This document shows, in pieces, positions 13,401 to 24,400 of a stretch of DNA of 64,000 bases. Source of the stretch: Balanoglossus misakiensis (Eukaryota > Animalia > Hemichordata); assembly GCA_040954595.2 (NCBI GenBank), contig CM082580.2, positions 9,278,390 through 9,342,389 on the forward strand, written 5' to 3'. The number at the start of each line of letters is the position of its first letter. Position 1 is the stretch's first letter. The position numbers and the translations under genes were made by a program. Below the pieces are notes generated by a model. That model was not told where the DNA came from and made no database searches. It saw only the letters and a list, made by a program, of their open reading frames with translations.

Positions 13401-14643
13401 ATAAGAACGGAAATAAAGAATTGAAATCTTGTTGTAACCAAGAGAATGCAACCCGTTTGAACTTTGAATCGTACTTAAGTCTATATGACGCAAGGTGCCG
13501 TTCATAAACAATGATCACTGTGTGCCGCCCGACTGGAAGAAGTTTCCAAGAATTGTTATGGTGAGGTCGCGTCCTTGCGGAAAAAAATGACAGCGGAACA
13601 CGGCAGTAGCCGAGTCTACTTGGTCAACGACATGATATCTATATTAGATACGTGGTAAATAGCATCCGATAGTTCCTCTTCTCATTATGCTGGCCACTTT
13701 TTTAAAAGTTTGCTATAGTGTGTATTTTCACTTTCAGTCTTGTTCAATACGCTCGGTGCGTAAGGAAGTAAAGCTATTCTATTTTCTAAGATCGACATTT
13801 TCACCAGATGGTGCAGATCATACGTGTTGGAGTTATCACCCCCCCCCCCCCCCATCAGAATTTACAGAAGCGAGAAACTAGAAAACAAAACACCACTCAC
13901 TGAAAGGTCAACTCGAGGACACATCCCAGCGTTGTATCGCACATGCAGGTATAAACACGAATACACCAACCGATGGACCCCTTAGCTGAACAGTTATACA
14001 TCAGGCTGGGTGGTACTCTGGACTTGCTCCAAGTCTATATGACGGGTATCGCAGAGAAGAACAACACTCACTGCCAATTCCATGAGAATAACATAGGTTT
14101 ACTTCAGTGAAACAGCAGAAGGATGACAATTCTACAAACTGCGTGCTAGAAAACACTCATACTCAAAAAGAAAACCTTCAATCAGTATGCAAGGTTTGAA
14201 TGAACCTTCTAGTACATAACGAATTATGCAAATATCAGCGCAATATCCAAATGAGAATTGAAAATGGGAACGCATGTTCCTTTACATCGGCAGCCTTGGT
14301 AGGCATTAGGCTATCACTAAATATTGAGGACGTCTAGTATTCTCCATCACACGGTTCTACCTCAAACTAGACTCTCTCACAGCCCCTCACGCCGCCTACG
14401 CAGAATTTATCTGGTTGAATGTGCGAAAGTCGACGAGAGGTTCGCTACACAACACCAATCGACGAGTAAACGAATGAAAGAAAGAAAGAAATGAATGTCT
14501 CATATGACTACATGGCATGCAAATTTACATCGCAGAAAATGTTAAGTTGAAAGTAGATTATTCTTCTCAGTATGTCAAAAACGAACGGACGAAATCATTC
14601 CGTTGAGGATGTCGACAGTAAAATCATGCCAACACCATCTGTT

Positions 14644-15663
14644 TTAGACTTCGGAATGGCCTTCATGAGTATTTGGTGTGTTGGAAATACCTTCAGACAT
14701 TCCACTGTCACCAATGCGGCCTTTCGGGGCGAAACCGAACGCCTTCCTGACACTTGAGCGAAACATCTCGTACTGAAAAGCATAGATAAAAGGATTGACG
14801 CACATGTTGCAGAAAACCAGAACGACCGAGACGTTGTAAAACGTGCTGGTAAAATCAAGATGGCCGCCCGCATTGAAGTGCAAGAGGGCAATTTGGTTGG
14901 GACCCCAACAGATGGCGTAAACCACTGACACGGTCAGCAGGGTTTTCACCACGTTCTTCCTCACCCTGTTCACCGCTGAGTTGGATCCGTTGGCCGCGTT
15001 CGGTTGAGCCTGCGCGGCGTCCTTCATGCGGAAGAGTTTGGTCAGTATTCGGATGTAGCAGAAGAGCATGACGACCAGCGGTATGAACCAGGCCACGGAG
15101 AAGATGGCGACGCCAGTGAGGAGGTTGTACGTGAAGCTGATGTACCTGATGGCGCAGGTGTCGCCGGTGTGGTAGAACGGCATCCCCCACATCAGCTCCA
15201 GCGGGATGCCGAAGAGCCACTCGACGACCACGATGACCTTGGCCTTGGTCTTCGTGAAGTGGTTGCGGTGGTAGACGGCGTGGCAGATGGCCAGGTACCG
15301 CTCCAGTGTCACGGCCAGCAGGTTCACCGTCGACGTCACGAACAGCGACCACATGAAGAACTTGGAGAACCAGAACTTGCAGAAGAGGTCGCCCAGTTTG
15401 CCCGCTGGCGGGACTTGTATCCTGCCGAACTCTAAGATCAGAAACAGCACGGAGCTGGTGAGGTCAACGATGGACTGGTTAAATATGAAGATGTTCGTTA
15501 TGGTCCGGAGACAGCGAACTCTCAAGAAAACGAAACAGACGAAAAGATTTCCGATCAGACCGACGGATCCGACCACCAACGAAGTCACGTCTATCTTTGA
15601 CGAGAAAGTGTTGGTGGCCGAGGGCGGCACAGTGGTGGTGTCGTTCATTCCGGTGTCGTTCAT
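14644..15663 (-). CDS. Class A (rhodopsin-like) GPCR, galanin/allatostatin-A receptor-like, single coding exon, 339 aa
   Basis: There are seven hydrophobic segments with GN in TM1 (GLIGNLFV), NQSIVDL in TM2, C plus LLAVTLERY in TM3, W in TM4, CY in TM5, CWGP in TM6 and NMCVNPFIY in TM7. The N-terminus has N-glycosylation sequons (NDT twice). The likely start is MNDTGM (ATG at 15663). An acceptor ...tgtttgacag just upstream implies a 5'UTR intron. Confidence 0.92.
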   Translation of the reverse strand: MNDTGMNDTTTVPPSATNTFSSKIDVTSLVVGSVGLIGNLFVCFVFLRVRCLRTITNIFIFNQSIVDLTSSVLFLILEFGRIQVPPAGKLGDLFCKFWFSKFFMWSLFVTSTVNLLAVTLERYLAICHAVYHRNHFTKTKAKVIVVVEWLFGIPLELMWGMPFYHTGDTCAIRYISFTYNLLTGVAIFSVAWFIPLVVMLFCYIRILTKLFRMKDAAQAQPNAANGSNSAVNRVRKNVVKTLLTVSVVYAICWGPNQIALLHFNAGGHLDFTSTFYNVSVVLVFCNMCVNPFIYAFQYEMFRSSVRKAFGFAPKGRIGDSGMSEGISNTPNTHEGHSEV

Positions 15664-18600
15664 TTTGCTGTTGACGTTCGTGCGATGAGATTGGCAGAAG
15701 TACCCACCTGTCAAACAGACGAACAACAACACGTTAACGTCTTCTATATATAGTTCAAATCACTACATATCGTTCAAATCATGACATGCAATCTCCGGCA
15801 CTAGGAAAATTTACTAGTAGTAGTTTCGCTGTTTTGGTGGGCTTGCGTTTTATGGAAAATGGAAAGTGTTGTAATTTAGAAGACAGTTTAGAGAGGTTAA
15901 TCTGGATTCATTGTCCGTAACAATCGGTTGGATATTCTCGCAACGTTGACACAACTGTCGCTGCTAACTTTTCGATGCCATTGAATTACGAGATCTAGCA
16001 CTGTGACAGTTCCTATACAAGGTCGTATATGTGCTCTGTGCAACGTCGACCTTTATTGAATGTACCAGGGCCAAATCAGAGCTGCGGAATTTTGAAAAGC
16101 CATCATGTGAATTTATTCAGGTCTGTTGGTTTCTTCAAGGTGACGTAGCTTCTGTACACGTGCTGTGAGCTCTACATTTGGGCGAAACCCTTAATTTAGT
16201 GCAATTCCGGAAGTAAGTATAAAACGGAAGTTACCAGAGTACACGGTTACACGTTGGAAGATACGCGTGAATGAGTTGCCCTGTTGCCGCAAGCCGAGAT
16301 GTTTACAACAAAATTTAACAAAAAATAATTCATTGTACATTCGGCGTCAAGTCACGAAGCATGTTTCTACAGATCACACTCAAAGAAACTGAACGTTGCC
16401 ATTTACTTTCTGTAAATGGAATCGTGGTATTATGAAAATACGGAAGGCGCCGTGCAGTGTGACAGAAATTGGATTCAAGCGTTGCCTGCCTGTGTATCAC
16501 GCATTCGGCGATACATTCCCTTATTCCTCTGCTGAAACCATCGCACATGGGCGTCTTTTGTGAAATATTTGACGCAACTTCTGTGAAGATTTTCCCCGGT
16601 GGTTTACTGCAGTCTTCGTACGTGCTGACGAATAAAGCAAGCCTCCGAATAAACATCGCAACTTTGATGGGGGAAAAATCCCTGAGATACATTCAAATTG
16701 AACACGTCACTGTCGGGTTCCTGGAAGTAATGTCCCACTGGGCGCTACATGCACGAATTTCACGCGAATCGATCTTCGTTTGTATTCACACGACCATGAC
16801 TGCATGACTATATTCAGGGAAACGTTGCCATTTCATACTCTAATCAATGATTGCCAGAATGGGTGTTGCAAGAAGGAACGTGTTCAATCCTCAAGTGAAG
16901 CTATATTCAATACGTAAATATGACGTCACATAGGCTGTTTCCAATGTACCTAATATGTTCCCGCCATTCAGTTAGCCTCTACGGCTTGTCGGGGTTTCTA
17001 ATTTTTTTTTAAGTTGGCAAAACTTGTGGTTTCATGTCCCCGGAATCATTTTTTCTTCTTCACTCAGGTCTCCGCACGACTTGTTTGAAACACCGCCGGT
17101 AAGAAGTTTATAATATATAATATTCCGATTCAATACATTCACGTATGGGATATGAATATTGTTAAATGAGAATATTTCATAACTGTGGACCAGTGCATCA
17201 TCAACTGAAAGTATGAAAATCATCAGTCGCATCTTTCGAGTTCCTGGTTTGCCCCAACAAGACTTTTTTTCGAATGTCACAGACTGTTCATCAAGCGTGC
17301 CCTATGTCATTGACGATGACTATTTTATAGTGTAACTTTCCGAAATTGAAGATTTACAGTATATTATTTCGTATTAATAGGGTTGAGTTCATCTTGCAAG
17401 TTAAAGAAAATTTTCTACAAAACCAAAATCACACAAAAGCATAAAGTACATAAAGTACGTATGGTATATAAGAGGTCACGGTCAGCTTCATTGTCATGGG
17501 TGTTCTATTCTCTATTGTCACCAATGTTACTTGGCAACTTCACGAGCTGTGTGCGCAAGTTCCTGGTCAATTGTCTCCGAGCCATTTCTCTGTCGGGGAC
17601 AAGTCACGAATCTCCAGTTGAACCGCTCTATACTCGTTTGTACTTTGTGGATATTTTTCTATCTGCTTTTTTTATGGCTATGGTGGATAATCAGAACTTT
17701 GTCAATCCTGCGGTACATGGTCACAGACGTGATTTTACGAAGGTCCGTGAAAACTCCCGACACCGCATGTTTTGTGTCTCCCATACTTCACTAGCATCAT
17801 GGTAGAGCGAGTGGATGCTCAAAAAAGTTAAAACTCCTCGCACGCACCTTGCGGGGTAAACACTACCGAAACTTTTTTATGGTATCATGCTGTTCCAGCG
17901 ATGAGTATGATAACATATAATAGCTAGTGATGTGTCCTTAGGCACAATAAGCATCTACACCACTGCCCCTTGCAGATGGAAAATCCCTCTCGGATAGATA
18001 TAAAATTGAACCAATTACATCCAAAACTGTTTGTTGTTTGCACATATCACTTATAGGCCCGAGCATTCGGTAAGGCAGCCGCTAGGCGCGACCCGGGGTC
18101 GATGGAATTATCCAAGAAAATCTGAAAATTCTGTTCACACGCTCGCACACACCTTGTTATGTTCGAGGTAACAGAAGCAGTGAATTAAAAAAAATTGTCT
18201 GGGATTAACATAGCGTGGGTGGAGTGAACACCATTCTGAAGACGAACATATCTCGTACTAGAAACAACAGCTAGCGTGCCAAGGATGCTTTGAAATACAC
18301 ATTTCGTCCCAATATAATAAGCAAAACAAGTGTCGCCATCGTAAGGTTTAATCCTACAGATTCGATTAGAAGTTGTTGCAAGGGATCCCTGAGACTGTAC
18401 ACTAAAATAGATAGACCGAACTTATAGTCTTGGTGGTGCGGGCCATTCAACTTAACTGCGCGGTGTGTTTCAAACTATTTGCTTGATGAACCTCGATTCA
18501 TGCAGTTATACGCACGGGTCAATTTGTGTTGATGATTACTATCGATTTATCCACTCCCTGTCTCATTTCCTCCAGGGTACTTTTGATTCGTGTAATAAAC

Positions 18601-21403
18601 AGAGATCCTACTCGCATTTAAACTGGCTGTTACGGACCAGAGGCCACTGTGACTGCCCGAACGCGCTCAGCTGAAAAAAACGGCACGTTGATTGATAGCG
18701 AGAAACCACTAAGTATAATCGAAGCGAAAATTGCGTGCCGATCACGCTTTCAACGAACACTGCGCACAAAAAAACGCCTCGCAGAACCGACCTCATTAAA
18801 TTGTTTCTTGGTTTCGATCGAGAAGTCACACATGACGTTAACGATGTTTACGGAAACTGTACGTGCGTGTCGCCAAGTTGTGCACCGCTCATTACAAACA
18901 ACCAGGCCCAGTTGACTTCAGCCCCCTCTGAAAGTGAGTGGGCACCTGGTTGTAATCTATGCATGCACTTCTGCGAGGAGAACCGCAATACTTGCAATTA
19001 TGTATGTAACATGACAGACGGAATTTTCTGAAGAGTGACTGGCTGATTCTAGTTTATAGATATGAGTAAGACAATTTCTCATTGCTTCTATAGTACCTTA
19101 CCCTGGAGCGATTGGTACCTCACCCTGTAAATCGGCTATATTCGCCGCTGGTTGGTAGACAAAATAAACTAAGGTAAAATAAAAGAAACATTATACTAAA
19201 CTTGCCAAAATGTTGAGTAACGTGCAGCACTCTTCAACATGGAAATACTGATATATAAGGGATTGTTGAAGACACACATCGCAAAGTTGTTTATTGATCC
19301 AGAAATAACTACTTATCGTGAAAGAAATCGAATATAACAACTGCATGGCTTTTTGCAGCAGCAAAACAACATTTGGCCATGTTACATTTTCCACTGTCGA
19401 CACGTTTCTTGTTAATTTCCCATAGAAGGGGTTATCCGTTTATCGTGGACGACACTTGCGATGTACCGTTTGCAGTTTCGCAGTCAAGTCATTCTTGACT
19501 CTCAGGATTTTGAAATTCCGTTCAAGCAATTTGCGCGCCGATTTTTCTCACCAGATATATTCCCATTGGTAACTGGAATCCTTTTAAATACGGGAGATGT
19601 GCACTGAGGTGTGACTGTACACGCTGACGTACATGATATACGGCGTTCCGTCTTACCCGTACTATCGGTAGATTTTATCGAAGACAGACAGAGACACCAC
19701 AAACCATGCATTTTCTAAGGCCGTCCATCTTAACTTTCACGTGGTTAGTTTACGCGAAACTTGACATCGGAAACATTTTTAGGAACCCCGTCTTTTTGTC
19801 ACTAAAAATCAACTTTGGGAGTCGACGTTCTTTTTTGCATCACATAGTTTTTCCTTGACAGTGACAAACGAAATATATTTCGGCCGATGTTGAGACGACT
19901 TAATACGTTTGAAATTTATATCAGAAGATTTATACAAATATATTGGATTCGATTAAAGAAAAGTATCACCGTACAAAGAATCTATTTAAGTCTTACGGCT
20001 GGGTACTTGGAGATTTCGAAGCAACGCCAGAATTCACGAATGCTCTGGGGTGCGACAATTGTCATTGATGTGAACGCTATCGGACGTCACAATGAATCCG
20101 TTAATCTGAAATGCTCCTCTCAGAAATGTTCGGGTAAATATTTTAACATGCAATCAAATTTCCTTGATGGGAACGCAGAACTATGTACCAACATGATATG
20201 CTTAAAAGCTGGAACATGGGGGGGGGGGGGGGGGGGAGTCTGTCCACAGATTAATACACTGAAAGATGGGATCGCATTTTAGCTGGTTTCAAGCACTTGT
20301 ATATACAACTCATTCCAGCTTTTTACAAAAAATAACTTATTTTGTAATCATGTGGACAACTAAAATTCCTTGATATAGTTGCCGTCAGTAATATCGAGTC
20401 TGCAATCAATCAAACAGTCGGCGCGAATACCCGACACCGATATTCACATGATCTTGACGTACCCAAGAAAATTGCATGGTTCCAACGAAAAAAGCACGTG
20501 TCCATGTTTATAACATTCTCAAACCTACTTACCGATTTCATTCACAGCAAGCCTCTTAGTGGATATAAGAAACTTTTATTTCTTCGGCGGAAGGAATGAT
20601 AGGAGCTGTATACGAAAGTGTATCTTCAATTTTGCGAAAGTGAAGTGGAGACGATGGAGTCTTGTCGAAATCGAAATCTTGAATAATCCATAAGTCCTTG
20701 TCACACAACTATTATGATCATGTTTTTTATGAAAAACAAGCTATTAGGCGCATGCGCATTTTGACATAGCTATGTGAAAGGCGTGGCCAAGGCACGCTTT
20801 ACTGATATTATGTTGTTGTTTTTTAATTCAGACTTTTGTCGTCAGAGAAAATTATTTCAAGGTTATATTGACGGTGAAACTGTCAGGGCCAAGCCAAGAA
20901 AAGTCCATACAAGCAGCATTGATGTCTCCAAAGGATATTTTTATTCATGAAATTGAAAAAGATAAACTTAAATTACACATATCTCCAACAGCTAAAGTAA
21001 AGTGACTTCATAATTGTCAGAAAATGGGGATTCTGTTGGCAGCTGCAGTCTAGCACGGGGTGATGATTCGCTATGAAGTTGCCATCGTATAAAATTTATA
21101 ATTAGTAGGTTGGTTGTGGTTCATAAAACTTAAGTCATAAAATTGATGATAAAAACGAGCAACAAAGCGTGAGCTAGCCATGCGGTTCATAATTCATAAA
21201 AAAATTGTCTGTCACTAATCTGACAGGTTTTTATTGCAGCAAACTGCTTTTCCAATACCTGTGCTTAGCCTGTACCTGACTTCTCGAAGGAGTTTTGCTA
21301 CGAAACAAATCGACTACTTAACACATTCCGAGAGTATCAACAAAGAAATAATAAAGTGGAGGGTAGGAATCTAACACTTAGTAACGATATTACACGCCCT
21401 TGA

Positions 21404-24400
21404 TCATTCACTTTCATCGGGCTTTGTGCCCTCAGCGTCTGATGCCCAAGAGCCTCTGTCTGATGCGGTTCTTGCCGGCGATGAGGGCGCAGACGGCGGC
21501 CTGGCCGCCCTTCTGAAGGTCACTTCTTTGATGCCTGGTTCGCCTTCAGGGAAGAGAGAGCCGCCGAAAAGATCGGCAATGCTGGCCTTGGGCTTGCTCA
21601 AGAGTCTCCTGTGTTCTTCCGACAGACGTTGTCCCATGTCGCGGAGTTTGGCATCCCCTTCCCTCTGGTTCTTTTCCAGTTGGTCTTTGACGTCCTCGAT
21701 GGCTCTCATCTCTTCTCGCTTATTCTCGTCGATGGCGGCGCTCACATCCTTCAGCTGAAGAGACAACTCCAGCTTGAACTGATCAAATGTTTTCTCCAGA
21801 TGTTGCATGGCGTTGTAGATTTCAAACCTGGGAAAACAATATTGTGTACAGCATCATTCATAAGAGGGGACGGTGAATCAAGGACGATGAGCATAATTGT
21901 TTGCATAATTATGTCAACCCAGGTAAGGTTATATTCGTGTAATGTTGTCAACTTCAGGCATCTTACCTGACAGTGGATAAATCCCCCTTTGCAGCATAGC
22001 TACCGTCGCCCACATCGCCACTCGACGCTGCATCAGACAGGTAGCGCAGAATCAGTCGTTTACAGACTTGCTGTGATGGAAAGGGTAGAGTCATGATATA
22101 ACAATTCAAGTCATGCGCATGTCAGGCATCATGTGATGACGTAAACATGTTCACATCCTTTGGGAAAATTGCTAATTTTACTTCTTGCGTATCTTAGAAA
22201 CTTTCCAATCTACTTACCTTGTAGTTTTCATTTCTATTCTTCATGGATTTCATTCTGCGCTCCAGCTGGAGGGAAATGGAAATGAGTCGTGTCAGGTGTG
22301 ACATAGCAACGACCACAGTAAATAAACCCAAGGCAAGCAGGCAGACGCTTCATGGGTGAAAGAGTGAGTGGTTGGGTGGGGGTGGGGGGGGGTGGATGTC
22401 AGACGGACGGACCAGGTATAAACCAGCAAAGAAATTTGTACACTACTCTCCATAAATTACCTTAGCCGCCGCTTTGACGTCCTCTCGACAGCGAATGCAG
22501 TAGTAGCAACGTCTGCAGGTGCTGATGAGAGACTTGGTGCTGGGGAAAACATTGAAGGGTGCCGGTTCTGTCGAACCCTTCCGGAAGTAATCCATCCACA
22601 TGTCAGAGCGGGAGAACTTCCACTCGGTGTCCGAGTTTTGCTGGGGGAGAAATGTATCAGCCACGTGTTAGAAAAGAAAATAGGCGACCGTCAAGAAGTA
22701 ATTTCGGCGAGTCGAACTGCGTGATAAGTTCAAGATACAATTCAAGACGCTGACACTTTAGGGCCTATATTGTCCCTAACACCACACGTCGTGGACACTT
22801 ACCACAATTTCGTCGTACGTTGTACCCATCAATGCAATCAGGAGGTTGAGAAGGATTATAACCGCGACAATTTGATAACCTGCAAACAGCATTTCTCCGA
22901 AGAATTCTGTCGTCCGATGCTGTTCCTGCACTTCCACCGATTCCAGGTCTATCAATCCGTACAGGGACCAAAAGAGCGTTCGCATCGACACCACGATACT
23001 AAGGGAATAAAAAACCGACAATTAATTAACAAATTAACCTGTCTATACGTATCACACCACACTCCCATACCTCCTAAGATACAGGACTCTATGGAGAAAA
23101 AAACTAAAGGTACAACAAAACCATACTTACTCGGGGAAATATCGTTCATTGTAGCACTCGACGTATGTCTGCCCGTTCTCCATGACGCAATCGAACACGG
23201 TGGAAGCCGCGTAAGACCAGTACACCTGGGTCAAACCCAAGGCGAAGGCCAACCACACCAGGATGAAGATTAACATGAACCTCATAATATCGTTCATCAT
23301 TTTCCCGACGGATATCTGAAGGGGTCCGACGTACTCGTTGATCACCATGACCCTGAGGAACCTGATGACGCTGACCACGTTGGCCACGGCGAAGATGCAG
23401 TCGCCCAGCAGGGTGGGGTCGAACTGGTCCCAGTCCTTGCGCTCCTTGGCGTAGGAGATGTCGTCGAACTTGGCGTTGAACTTCGAGTCGAAGGTGATCT
23501 CCGGGGGCTCCGTGGTCGTCTGGGGAAACACTAGGCTGGACACCAGGTGGTTGAGCTCCGTCAGCTTCATCGATATGTTGGCGAAGGCGGCGCCGTTCTC
23601 TGGCGACGAACGGATATCGTCAATCATCTGGCCGAGTCTGTTCACGACGTCATCGGCGGCCCCGTTCACCAGATCTTCTAAGAAGTTCCGGGTGTCGTTG
23701 CCGTCTAACGCGTCCATCGTGTCGTTCAGTAGCCCTTCGGAAACAGACCTCTTTCCTGTTGATGATAAGTGCGCCACCCTTTCCCGATGAACCTGTTAAA
23801 AATGAACGGGGACGAGGATGCGTGGGTATTCGAATTACTGGGCCGATAGACAGAAGAAGCAAATTAATTTCTAGAACTGAATATCCTGAACTTTGTACTA
23901 ACCAGGACGAAGGCGGTGAGTCTGAGAGCGACTATCAACCAATACAGTGCCAACTGCACCATGTCCATGACATTCCAAGGGTTGCAAAAGTAATCTGATA
24001 GACCTTCATTCCACACTTCGCGAATCTCACGACAAGTCATTCCTGCAAACAGGAATAACAACAAAACAGATGTTGTTCACAGGACAAACTTCAAGTCAAG
24101 CAAAATTTATGCACAACCATAATGTTCATAGTTCCTCGTGATCACGTACACCTATAGCAACACACAAAACAGATGTACAAGGCTAAGTATGGTGTATACC
24201 TATGAGCCATATTATGATCAGCCATTCGACCGGGTTAGGGGGCGCTCCCCGTTGTTGGCTTTTCCTTCGCTCGATTTCCATCTCCATGTAGTGAGTACTG
24301 TCGTCATGGCCTTCGTGATGCTGTCCACCTCCGTAATTTTGCGTTGACAAGAACAGCAGTATCAGAAACCAAATGTAGGATGAGGTGTGCATGAGGAATT

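Noticed and set aside
14855-15688. Overlapping 133-165 aa ORFs on the GPCR locus
   Set aside because: These are shadow frames caused by the high third-position GC content of the GPCR coding sequence and show no recognisable motifs.
16980-17900. Block that looks like a non-autonomous DNA transposon
   Set aside because: I could not identify terminal inverted repeats, a target-site duplication or a second copy in the window.
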